Shown piece by piece: positions 54,713-63,057 of a stretch of 64,000 bases of DNA. Below the pieces are notes generated by a model that was not told the origin of the DNA, did not search any database, and saw only the letters and a list, made by a program, of their open reading frames with translations. Within the stretch, counting starts at the first letter, position 1. Every line of letters begins with the position of its first letter. Source of the DNA: Myxococcales bacterium (GTDB lineage Bacteria; Myxococcota_A; Polyangia; Fen-1088); NCBI GenBank assembly GCA_003153015.1, contig PMBS01000254.1, positions 9,568 through 73,567 of the forward strand, given 5' to 3'. Position numbers and translations under genes: made by a program.

Positions 54713-55075
54713 GTGCATCCCATTGACCATTTCTGGCTGAGAGCGTTGGCGCTAGGTGCGGCTGCGGTGGCAACATCTGTGAGCTGCGCCAGGCCGACAC
54801 CGAATGACACGGGAGCGGCGAACGTCACGGTACAGGCCGTGCGGACCAGCGATGTAACTTCGGTGATTGTCACGGTGGCGGGTTCGGTGCTGCCGGTGCC
54901 GCTGGCGATTCCCCTAGTCCATTCCGGCAACCAGTTCTACGGGCTGGCAGGCGACCTCCCGGTGGGCGCCGGCTACACCTTCACAGCCTCGGCCATCGAC
55001 GGCTCCACGCCGCCGGTCGTTTCCCTGTTGTTGCCCGGCGAGGATTCGAACCCGCATACCATGCGGGGGCGGTGA
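54713..55075 (+). pseudogene. truncated N-terminal fragment paralogous to the start of the 55295 lipoprotein gene
   Basis: 120-aa ORF with signal/lipobox-like N-terminus and a PKD/Ig-like module similar (~35% identity) to the N-termini of 55295 and 42949. Reading frame terminates inside a tRNA-like sequence. Confidence 0.45.
55033..55067 (-). other. tRNA-like fragment (minus strand ...CCCGC-atGGTat-GCGGGTTCGAATCC...)
   Basis: Contains canonical T-loop sequence GGTTCGAATCC and a perfect 5-bp stem / 7-nt loop with GGT at the anticodon position. No D-arm or acceptor pairing is found, so not a complete tRNA. Confidence 0.35.
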
Positions 55076-55294
55076 CTCTCCCTAGTCTGACGTCGCTGGC
55101 CACGTCGAGCGCCGCAGATTAACGCCCACGACCTGAGACAGTCCTCGCTGCGCGGCAACCCCACGACACCCAGTTGTCGCAATTGTCACAACTTGGCCGC
55201 TAGCGTTTTCTCTTTCTTTGCGTAGTCGTCGCGTGCGGGGCGCGGATGGAGGCATAGGCTGCGCCCGGTTCGCTATTTCCACCGGAGGATTACC

Positions 55295-58192
55295 ATGTTG
55301 CAACTTCGCTCTCATCGTTCCGCCTTGTTGCCCCTCGGGGCGCTCGCCATCGCCGCGGCGCTCTCGGCGTGTGGCCAGGACAACCAACCCTCGGTCAGCA
55401 CGGGGTCAGCCGAGGTGAGCGTCCAACCGCTCAGCTCCGTGCCGCTCGGCCAGGTCACCGTCACGATCACCGGTCCTGCTCTGCCCAACCCGAAACCCGT
55501 GATTCTCTCCGCCCAGGGTTCGGGTGGCAGCTACGGCGCCCTGATTTCTTCGCTGCCGGTTGGCAGCAACTACACGTTCACGGTCAGTGCCACCGATACC
55601 AGCGACGTCGTCGCATACGTCGGACAAGCTACCAACGTAGCCATTCTGCACAATCACGTGACCACGGTTGTGATCACCGCCCAACCCGTCCAACCGCCTG
55701 CTCCCTTCGTGAACACGGTCCCGGTCATCGATTCTCTTGTCGTGTCATCTACCAACATCGCTCCGGGCGAAACCATCACCGCCAAGGTCACGGCCCATGA
55801 TGACCAGCCCAGCGACACCATCACCTTTGCCTGGTCGGCCAACCCCGCCAGCGGCAGCTTCTCCGCCCCCACCGCAACCACCACCGCCTGGACCGCGCCT
55901 TCCACCGAGGGTGACGTGACGCTTGCCATTCAGGTGCAGGATGATCACGGCGCCACCACATCCGCCTCCATCGTGATTCACGTATCCAACTCCAATGGCA
56001 AGGGTCAGGCCGACGTCAATGTCACGTTCAACAACTGGCCCGTAGTGACGGATGTCCTTGCCACGCCCGGCTGGATTGCCCTCGGCGCACCCGTATCCCT
56101 GTCGGTGACGGCCAGCGATTCGGATGGCGACACGCTCAGCTACCTGTGGAGCACCGGCACTACCTGCACCTCGGGCAGCTTCACCAACGCCACCTCCGCC
56201 ACCACCATGTTCATTCTGCCGGCCTCCGCCCCGGACGGGTACTGCGAATTCGACGTCGCGGTAAGCGATGGGCACGGCGGATCCGCCCACGGCACGATGT
56301 ATCTCCCGGTGGGAGCGCCTGCTTCCATCATCGCTCCGGCCATCGTCGACGCTGCGCAATCAGCCTCGGTCGTTGATCCGTCCAGCACGGTTCTGTTCTC
56401 GGTAGAGGCGATGGACCCGCAGGCCAGCACCATGACCTTCGTGTGGTCGACAACGGGGGGCACGCTCTCCGGACAGTCCGACACCGGCACCACCTCGCAG
56501 GTGACCCTGACCGCGCCTGCCACCGCGTCCAGCGATGTGGTGGTTTCCGTGGTGGTGACCGACGCGGTGGGCGCCAGCAAGCAGTACGACTTCTCCGCGC
56601 ACACCGCGGCCGTAACCACGGCCTGCACGCCGCCTGCTTCGACGGCATGGAAATTCGGAATGATGTCGGATACGCAGTGGACGACTGCGGATCCAGCGGG
56701 TCAGAACCCGACCACCGTGTCGGTGTCGATCATCAATCAGCTCAACCCGATCTTCATCCAGGCGGGCGTCAAGTTCGTCATCCAGGTGGGTGACCTCGCC
56801 GACACCGGCAACGACGCCGACGAGATCGTGCGCGCCCAGGCCGCTCAGCCGCTCTACGACGCTGGCATCGGCTTCTACCCGATGCGCGGTAACCACGAAA
56901 CCTACGGCACGGCCAATAGCTTCGCCATCCCGGTGTTCCAGACGAGCTACCCGCAGACGCGTGGCCTGAGCAACACCTTCGGCGCCACGAACTTCAGCAG
57001 CCCGACTTCGCTCAGCACCGAGCTCGACGGCATGACCTACTCGTTCGACTACAACAACGCCCGCTTCGTGATCCTCGATACCTGGGCCACGCCGAGCATC
57101 GATATCTCCGCGGCGGGATACTCCTACGGCTACTCGGTCGCGCAGCAGCAACCGTGGATCAACAGCCGGCTCGACAAGACCACGCGCGGCACCGACCATG
57201 CCTTCGTGTTGTCCCACCAGCCGCTCATGGCGGAGAGCCACCAGGACACCATGTTCCAGGGCTACACCAACGCCAACCCGGACATGCAGAACGCCTTCTA
57301 CGCCAGCCTGCAGAGCAACAACGTCAAGTACTTCCTGGCCGGCCACGACCACATGAACCAGCATTCGATCATGGCGAGCCCCGATGGACTGTCGAGCGTG
57401 CACGAGATCATCGGCGCCTCGGACAGCAGCAAGTTCTACACGCCATCGGCCGTCTCGGGCGCGAACTGGTTCGGGCAGAAGGTGCGCGAGACCCCTGTGG
57501 CGCAAGAGCTGTACACGGTCGGCTACTACATCTTCACGGTGGATGGGCCGAACGTGACGGTGGACTTCTACTCCGACAGCCACGGCAACTGGAAGTCGGA
57601 CGCCAGCTATCCGATGGGTGCCGGAAATGCCAGCTATCCTATCAACATCACTCCGGTCCTCACCTTCGCCAAGAAGCAAACCTTCGGCTACAGCCAGAAC
57701 GGAGCCGAGTTCCTGGTTGCTGAGGGAGCTTCCTATCCCACCACGCCGTTCACCTTCTCCGGCACCACGGCGCAGTTTCTCGCCGGCACCAATACCAGCA
57801 CGGCGATGGATTACATAAGCCGCAAGCTTACCCATGCCGTGGACATCGGTTGGGACGCCGCCACCTGCGCCACCTCGAGCGCCATCCTGTCCTTGTGGGG
57901 CACGACGGATATTGGCAGCAGCAGTGGCGACACGATCGCCCTGTCGATGTCCTTTGACCGCAACAGCGTCAGTGATGCCACGCTGGTCAGTGGCAACTTC
58001 GGCTTGGCCGCCGTGGACAGCGCGGGCAACCTGACCGGCGCGGTCGCGCAGAACGTGGGTGGAGCACCGAACTTCGTGTTCGGCCCCTGGAACGCGCGCT
58101 ACACCCTCGGCACCTACGGCGTCGACCCCGACACCAATACCGTGTGGGCCGTGGTTAATCACGCCGGGCGCTTCGCCGCAGGTCGGTTCTAA
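55295..58192 (+). CDS. lipoprotein with N-terminal PKD/Ig-like repeats and C-terminal calcineurin-like metallophosphoesterase domain
   Basis: Lipobox LSAC; metallophosphoesterase motifs (GDLADTG, GNHE, GHDH) in the C-terminal half. Confidence 0.7.
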   Translation: MLQLRSHRSALLPLGALAIAAALSACGQDNQPSVSTGSAEVSVQPLSSVPLGQVTVTITGPALPNPKPVILSAQGSGGSYGALISSLPVGSNYTFTVSATDTSDVVAYVGQATNVAILHNHVTTVVITAQPVQPPAPFVNTVPVIDSLVVSSTNIAPGETITAKVTAHDDQPSDTITFAWSANPASGSFSAPTATTTAWTAPSTEGDVTLAIQVQDDHGATTSASIVIHVSNSNGKGQADVNVTFNNWPVVTDVLATPGWIALGAPVSLSVTASDSDGDTLSYLWSTGTTCTSGSFTNATSATTMFILPASAPDGYCEFDVAVSDGHGGSAHGTMYLPVGAPASIIAPAIVDAAQSASVVDPSSTVLFSVEAMDPQASTMTFVWSTTGGTLSGQSDTGTTSQVTLTAPATASSDVVVSVVVTDAVGASKQYDFSAHTAAVTTACTPPASTAWKFGMMSDTQWTTADPAGQNPTTVSVSIINQLNPIFIQAGVKFVIQVGDLADTGNDADEIVRAQAAQPLYDAGIGFYPMRGNHETYGTANSFAIPVFQTSYPQTRGLSNTFGATNFSSPTSLSTELDGMTYSFDYNNARFVILDTWATPSIDISAAGYSYGYSVAQQQPWINSRLDKTTRGTDHAFVLSHQPLMAESHQDTMFQGYTNANPDMQNAFYASLQSNNVKYFLAGHDHMNQHSIMASPDGLSSVHEIIGASDSSKFYTPSAVSGANWFGQKVRETPVAQELYTVGYYIFTVDGPNVTVDFYSDSHGNWKSDASYPMGAGNASYPINITPVLTFAKKQTFGYSQNGAEFLVAEGASYPTTPFTFSGTTAQFLAGTNTSTAMDYISRKLTHAVDIGWDAATCATSSAILSLWGTTDIGSSSGDTIALSMSFDRNSVSDATLVSGNFGLAAVDSAGNLTGAVAQNVGGAPNFVFGPWNARYTLGTYGVDPDTNTVWAVVNHAGRFAAGRF
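58106..58192. repeat. direct repeat copy 1 (3' end of phosphoesterase gene)
   Basis: ~85% identical to 59127..59213 including the stop codon. Confidence 0.7.
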
Positions 58193-58223
58193 CCAGCAGC
58201 AGCAGCGAGCCTAGAAATCCAAC

Positions 58224-58268
58224 GCGGCCCTGGCGCCTTCACCGCTGCCAGGGCCGCATTCATTTTTG
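58224..58268 (+). terminator. bidirectional-looking terminator hairpin GCGGCCCTGGC-loop-GCCAGGGCCGC followed by T-rich run
   Basis: 11-bp perfect stem between convergent genes 55295..58192 and 58276..58989. Confidence 0.65.
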
Positions 58269-58275
58269 CGGCGCT

Positions 58276-58989
58276 CTACCAGTCGGCCAGAAATCCATCC
58301 AGTCGCGTCCCGTCATATCCGACCAGCAAGCGACCGCGCACGTCGAGGATGGGCACCCGGTCAGCCGGAATTCCGAAACGCGAGGCTTTCTGTTGCAACT
58401 CGCGAGCAGCGGAAGGGTCATTCTCGATGTCTTTGGCGATGAAGGGTATGAGATTGGTGACCAGGTACCGGCGCGCCGCCTCGCAGGCCTCGCACCACGA
58501 CGTGCCGTACAGGATCACGATGGGCGGCTCGCCCGAAGGCCCAGCCCGTTCGGGCTGGGCGGGCAAAGGCGGGCGGTGCGGACCCGCAAGCCGGCAGGAA
58601 TCGCCGGATGGCAACTGGGCCAGCGCGCCGGTCTCGAATGCCTCGCGCAACATCACCCGCGGCTGTGTCTTTCCCTTGGCGAGCAATTCGCGCAGGTCGA
58701 TGACCTCGACATTGGAATTGTTCCGTCGCTGGGCCTCGCCTTTGGCCCGGCCCATGATCCGCACCAGTCGCCGGACCGCTTCGGGCACCTTCTCGGCGCT
58801 GTCGGTCGTGGCGAACATTCCGCTCGGTTCGACGTAGGTAAAGAACAGCGGCGAATCCCTGCTTACCTCGCGCGGTGGCAGCTCGGCCCGGGCCGCGGGC
58901 GGCGGCGGCGCGCCTTTCTTGCAAGCGCTTACGAGAACGAAGAACGCAAAGACCGTGTGGGCTCGAGAGCCCGGCCGATGGAACCACAT
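58276..58989 (-). CDS. glutaredoxin-like lipoprotein (thioredoxin fold, CxxC)
   Basis: Lipobox LVSAC; C-terminal domain ILYGTSWCEACEAARRYL...VPILDVRGRLLVGY typical of glutaredoxin/NrdH-like proteins. Confidence 0.55.
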   Translation of the reverse strand: MWFHRPGSRAHTVFAFFVLVSACKKGAPPPPAARAELPPREVSRDSPLFFTYVEPSGMFATTDSAEKVPEAVRRLVRIMGRAKGEAQRRNNSNVEVIDLRELLAKGKTQPRVMLREAFETGALAQLPSGDSCRLAGPHRPPLPAQPERAGPSGEPPIVILYGTSWCEACEAARRYLVTNLIPFIAKDIENDPSAARELQQKASRFGIPADRVPILDVRGRLLVGYDGTRLDGFLADW

Positions 58990-59093
58990 ACGCAGGAGTC
59001 TACCCGCGGTCGCGATAGTGCGCCGTCCGCTCGATGCAGGTAGGAGGTTCAAGTCGCTTTTCGTTCCGGCGAGGGTTCGCCCATTTGTCCGAC

Positions 59094-59213
59094 ATGGAAT
59101 ATGTCGACTACGTCCTCATTGTCCCGCTCGGCACCTACGGCGTGGATCCCGACACCAACACCGTGTGGGCCGTTTTGAATCACGCGGGTAGCCTCGCGGC
59201 CACCCGATTCTAG
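59094..59213 (+). pseudogene. 39-aa remnant duplicating the C-terminus of the phosphoesterase gene (…LGTYGVDPDTNTVWAVLNHAG…RF*)
   Basis: Direct repeat of 58106..58192 at nucleotide and protein level. Confidence 0.6.
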
Positions 59214-59330
59214 TCAGCACTGTAGTCGCGTGGGGAGCCCGCCGGCTTTGCCGGCGGCGCACCATCGCGCGAAGCCGAGCGAAGCGAGCGGGGAGGAGGT
59301 GGCAGGTGGGGCGCCGGGGGGCCGGAGGGT

Positions 59331-59355
59331 ATGGGAGCCCTCTCAGGGTTCCCAT
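59331..59355. repeat. REP-like palindromic repeat copy (ATGGGAGCCCtctcAGGGTTCCCAT)
   Basis: Same family as 9857/9928/10071; followed at 59374-59400 by a terminator-like hairpin (CGGACCaccgGGTCCGgggcTTTGTTTT). Confidence 0.6.
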
Positions 59356-59404
59356 ATCAGTAGACAAAGCCTCGGACCACCGGGTCCGGGGCTTTGTTTT
59401 GGGT

Positions 59405-59430
59405 GCAGGATGTCGTCGGTTCAGATCCGG
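59405..59430. repeat. direct repeat copy 1 (GCAGGATGTCGTCGGTTCAGATCCGG)
   Basis: ~85% identical to 61137..61164; contains a T-arm-like CGG-TTCAGAT-CCG. Confidence 0.5.
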
Positions 59431-59725
59431 CCGCCCCGACAGCGTCGCAGCCTGCACCCTCGCAGCCCGTAGCAGGCTCGGCGAAGCCAGCGACACCACC
59501 AGCAAGCGCGTCCGGACAGCGACCCGTCGGTGATGGTTCTGGTCTCGGTCAGGTGGCTGGCCGCACATGCTGGGTGATCAAGACCCGTTGAGGCCCGTTG
59601 AGGGGCGCGGTTGCCTGTCGCCTGAACGTCTGTATCATCCCGTCATGGTTTCACAGCAACCGCCAGTAGTGGCGCGCTCTGCGATACGGAGCGGGCGCAG
59701 AATGGTCGACGGGACCCTCTAAGAG

Positions 59726-60544
59726 GTGATCGGTGTGAAGATTTCGCTCAAGCTGACCCTGTTCCTGGCTGGCGTCGTCGCGCTTTTCGTAGGACTGGCT
59801 GACGCTTTGATCGGGCAGACCCGGGCCTTGGTTGCCAGCTACGATGAACTGTTGAAGACCTCCGTCAAGCAGGCTGACTTGGCTCGCGTCACGCAGGTCG
59901 ACTTCAAGAAGCAGGTGCAAGAGTGGAAGGACATCCTGTTGCGCGGCCACAATCCGCAAGACCTGGCGAAGTACAGCAGGCAATTCCACGAAGCCGAGGC
60001 GAGGGTTCATGAGAATTCCGTCGCACTCAGCAAACAGCTCAAAGACCCGGCGGCAAGTCAGCTTCTTGCCGAATTCGTCGTCCAGCACGACGCTCTCGGC
60101 AAGAAGTACCAGGAGGCGTACGACACGTATGTCGGAAGCGGCTTCGATTTCAAAGCGGCAGACAAGATGGTACGTGGCATGGATCGACAGCCGACCAACC
60201 TGTTCGACCAGGTCGTGGCGCGGCTGGCAGCGCAAACCGAGCGGTCGGTGAAGGCACAGCAGGCGGTCGCGGCGCACAAGCAGATCCTCGCCCTTGCGAT
60301 TGCAGGAGGCTCCTTGCTGCTCCTCACCGTCGCCGGCCTGCTCGTGGTCCACAACGTGACGTCGCGGCTTGGTTGTCTCAAGGTGATATCGGACAAGTTG
60401 GCGAAAGGTAAAATTGCTGGCTTGGCCATCGAGATCGCCGGCAACGACGAGGTTGGTGAATTCGGCCAAAGCCTCAAGGGCGTCCAGGCCGAAATCGAGG
60501 AGCTAGCGACGGCGAAGACAGGCCAATCGACGATACTGTCCTAG
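59726..60544 (+). CDS. standalone membrane sensor: four-helix-bundle (4HB_MCP-like) periplasmic domain + HAMP domain, no output domain
   Basis: TM1 (LKLTLFLAGVVALFVGL), ~180-aa helical periplasmic region, TM2 (ILALAIAGGSLLLLTVAGLLVV) and HAMP (LAKGKIAGLAIEIAGNDEVGEFGQSLKGVQAEIEEL), then a stop. Confidence 0.55.
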   Translation: MIGVKISLKLTLFLAGVVALFVGLADALIGQTRALVASYDELLKTSVKQADLARVTQVDFKKQVQEWKDILLRGHNPQDLAKYSRQFHEAEARVHENSVALSKQLKDPAASQLLAEFVVQHDALGKKYQEAYDTYVGSGFDFKAADKMVRGMDRQPTNLFDQVVARLAAQTERSVKAQQAVAAHKQILALAIAGGSLLLLTVAGLLVVHNVTSRLGCLKVISDKLAKGKIAGLAIEIAGNDEVGEFGQSLKGVQAEIEELATAKTGQSTILS

Positions 60545-60553
60545 CGCATAGGT

Positions 60554-61108
60554 GTGGAAGATCACGCCATGAACGGATCAAGGGCATACTTCGCAATGGG
60601 CTTGGTGGTGCAAGCCGCGGCCTGCGCTGCCGTCCAGGCGCCGGTCGCGAGACCACCACGCTGCACCGAAAAGCCCACTGCTGAAACGCCTTCCCGTATC
60701 GACTCCACCTCAGGAGAGAACGGAGAGGCGGTTCTCAATGCAAAGCGATGGAAGTTCGCCATTTTCTTCAATCGGGTGAAAACGAAGGTGAAAGCGCACT
60801 GGAAGCCAGTCGAGGAGTACCGGCGCCGCGATCCCGATGGCACACTCTACGGTTACCAGGACCGGACCACTCTCTTGCACGTGTGCCTGCGGGCCGACGG
60901 TTCGCTGGATCAGATCACAATCGAACGCTCGTCGGGCCTCGAATTTCTCGACGAACTCGCCGAGGAAACCTTCCAAAAGGCGCAGCCCTTTGGCGAGCCG
61001 CCGTGCCAACTGATTGGGAGCACGGGCCTGGTTCAATTCCAGTTCGGGTTCCACTTGGAGGTGGCGCAGCCCGCGGTGAAAGTCCCCGAGTCCGCCCCTG
61101 CACCTTAG
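60554..61108 (+). CDS. TonB-C-terminal-domain-like protein
   Basis: Hydrophobic N-terminus; C-terminal region (WKPVEEY...DGTLYGYQDRTTLLHVCLRADGSLDQITIERSSGLEFLDELAEETFQKAQPFGEPP) fits the TonB_C pattern; 10 nt downstream of the HAMP gene. Confidence 0.45.
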   Translation: MEDHAMNGSRAYFAMGLVVQAAACAAVQAPVARPPRCTEKPTAETPSRIDSTSGENGEAVLNAKRWKFAIFFNRVKTKVKAHWKPVEEYRRRDPDGTLYGYQDRTTLLHVCLRADGSLDQITIERSSGLEFLDELAEETFQKAQPFGEPPCQLIGSTGLVQFQFGFHLEVAQPAVKVPESAPAP

Positions 61109-61136
61109 TCTGCGTGTCGACGGCATCCAGCGCGTC

Positions 61137-61164
61137 AGCAAGGATGTCGTCGGTTCAAGTTCGG
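61137..61164. repeat. direct repeat copy 2 (GCAAGGATGTCGTCGGTTCAAGTTCGG)
   Basis: Pairs with 59405..59430, bracketing the HAMP + TonB_C-like gene pair. Confidence 0.5.
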
Positions 61165-61643
61165 TCCCTCGGGCTAAGGATCGAGCGCAGGGTACTGACC
61201 GTTTTGAGATTGAGATTGGACCAGCGGTCGACGGGCAAGATGCATTCCGCGAGCGCGGTTGTCGCGAGCTCGACGCGCTCACCCGTCAAGGTCGAGACCA
61301 AGTTCTCGAGGCCGGGATTGTGCCCCACTACCATCACCCGCTCGGACGACCTTGCGTGCGAGCGAATCTCGCGAAGGATCGCGGCCGGCTCGGCGAGATA
61401 GAGCGCATCCAGAAAATCGACGGGCGCGTCGAGCTTTGCGCCTTGGGCGAAGAGCTTGATCGTTTCTCGCGCGCGCGTCGCGGTCGAGCAGAGCACGCGC
61501 TCGGGGAGCAGATTCTTTTCGCGGGCGAGTTCGCCCATGCGGCGAGCGTCCTTTCGGCCGCGCGAGGTGAGCCTGCGCTGCTCGTCCGGGACGGGCTCGT
61601 CGTGGCCAGACTTCGAGTGCCGGAGAACAAAGAGCGTTCGCAC
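61155..61643 (-). CDS. sixA: phosphohistidine phosphatase SixA (histidine phosphatase superfamily)
   Basis: 162 aa with N-terminal RHSKS (RHG motif variant) and VVGHNPGL. Confidence 0.7.
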   Translation of the reverse strand: MRTLFVLRHSKSGHDEPVPDEQRRLTSRGRKDARRMGELAREKNLLPERVLCSTATRARETIKLFAQGAKLDAPVDFLDALYLAEPAAILREIRSHARSSERVMVVGHNPGLENLVSTLTGERVELATTALAECILPVDRWSNLNLKTVSTLRSILSPRDRT

Positions 61644-61847
61644 GCATCCATGGTCCGCCGGGTCGCCTCCAGATGCAATCCCGAAGGCCGGGAGTCCAGA
61701 TCCGCTCTTGGCGGGCCACCGCGGACGAAGGCGTCGCGGACGCTCATCTGGCCGAGCACAGTCCGCGCATGCGGCGGCACGGGACAGGATCCGTAGCGAG
61801 ATTCAAGTCTTGCGCCAACTCCACGACGCAGGCCGGGATCCTTTGAT

Positions 61848-61865
61848 TTGTAACGTAACTGGCAC
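61848..61865. promoter_or_regulatory. candidate Pho box TTGTAACgtaa CTGGCAC (11-bp phased)
   Basis: Lies 90-107 bp upstream of pstS in an AT-richer stretch; same half-site family as 27063-27080. Confidence 0.5.
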
Positions 61866-61954
61866 ATCCGCTTGAACCTCGAAGACCCAGACTGCTGAGC
61901 GGAAGGTGGGACGTCTCCCGCCTCGTATTTCAAGACGCACGAAAGGGTAGCCGC

Positions 61955-63022
61955 ATGATCAAGCTAGAATCCATAGGACTGCTCGCCGCCGCCTTCGGCT
62001 TGACACTGCTGAGTGGAGGAGCGCTTGCGGGCGAAGCGAGCACCATCTCTGGTGCCGGAGCGACGTTCCCCTACCCGGTCTACTCGAAGTGGGCCGACAC
62101 ATACGCGAAAGAGACGCACATCAAGTTGAACTACCAGGCCATCGGATCGGGCGGCGGTATCAAACAGATCACCGAAGGGACGGTTGATTTCGGTGCTTCC
62201 GATGCGCCGCTGACACCCGAGGATTTGGACAAGGCCGGCCTGATCCAGTTTCCGGTGGTCATGGGTGGGGTGGTTCCGGTGATCAATGTCGCCGGCATCA
62301 AAGCGGGCGAATTGAAGCTGGCGCCGGATGTGCTGGCGGACATTTTCCTGGGCAAGATCAAGAAGTGGAATGACCCACGGCTGGTGCAGAGCAACCCTGG
62401 TCTCAAGCTGCCCGACACGGCGGTGACCGTGGTGCACCGGTCGGACGGCTCCGGTACGACCTGGATCTTCACGAACTATCTGGCCAAGGTCAGCCCCGAA
62501 TGGTCCAAGGCGGTCGGCAGCGACAAATCGGTTGCCTGGCCGACTGGTGTAGGGGGCAAGGGAAACCAGGGCGTAGCCTCATATGTTCAGCGCATCAACG
62601 GCGCCATTGGCTATGTCGAATCGGCCTATGCCATCCAGAATCACATGGCCCACGCCAAGCTCAGGAACCACGACGGCAGGTTCGTCGATCCCACGGATGA
62701 CAGTGTGCAGGCCGCTGCCAAGGGCGCTGACTGGACACACGCTCGCAGCTTCTACATGGTTCTCACCGATCAGGCGGGCGCTGCCTCGTGGCCCATCACG
62801 GGCGCCTCCTTTGTTCTGGTTCACCGCCAACAGAAGGACGCTGATACCGGTCGGGCGGTGCTGCGCTTCTTCGATTGGGGCTACCGCAACGGCGGCGCGG
62901 CGGCAAAGGAGCTCGGCTACATCCCGATGCCGGCGAGCGTGGTGGACCTGGTCGAGAAGACCTGGGAAAAGGATCTGAAGGACGCCGGCGGCCAGAAGCT
63001 CTGGCCGGCCAGCAAGAAGTAG
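61955..63022 (+). CDS. pstS: phosphate ABC transporter substrate-binding protein
   Basis: Signal peptide plus canonical PstS motifs ([42 protein letters not shown]). Confidence 0.9.
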   Translation: MIKLESIGLLAAAFGLTLLSGGALAGEASTISGAGATFPYPVYSKWADTYAKETHIKLNYQAIGSGGGIKQITEGTVDFGASDAPLTPEDLDKAGLIQFPVVMGGVVPVINVAGIKAGELKLAPDVLADIFLGKIKKWNDPRLVQSNPGLKLPDTAVTVVHRSDGSGTTWIFTNYLAKVSPEWSKAVGSDKSVAWPTGVGGKGNQGVASYVQRINGAIGYVESAYAIQNHMAHAKLRNHDGRFVDPTDDSVQAAAKGADWTHARSFYMVLTDQAGAASWPITGASFVLVHRQQKDADTGRAVLRFFDWGYRNGGAAAKELGYIPMPASVVDLVEKTWEKDLKDAGGQKLWPASKK

Positions 63023-63057
63023 GGCAGACGTCCCCAAGCGAATCGGCTAGTGGCATC

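Noticed and set aside
55020-55090. Complete minus-strand tRNA-Thr(GGU)
   Set aside because: A T-loop and an anticodon-like hairpin are present but no D-arm or acceptor-stem pairing could be built; kept only as a tRNA-like fragment.
56360-58162. 600-aa minus-strand ORF
   Set aside because: Antisense to the metallophosphoesterase lipoprotein, which has GDxxD/GNHE/GHDH motifs.
59361-59445. Possible complete tRNA containing the CGG-TTCAGAT-CCG T-arm-like hairpin
   Set aside because: Only ~50 nt are available between a candidate 5' acceptor and the T-arm, so there is no room for D and anticodon arms. It is better explained as a terminator hairpin plus a short repeat.
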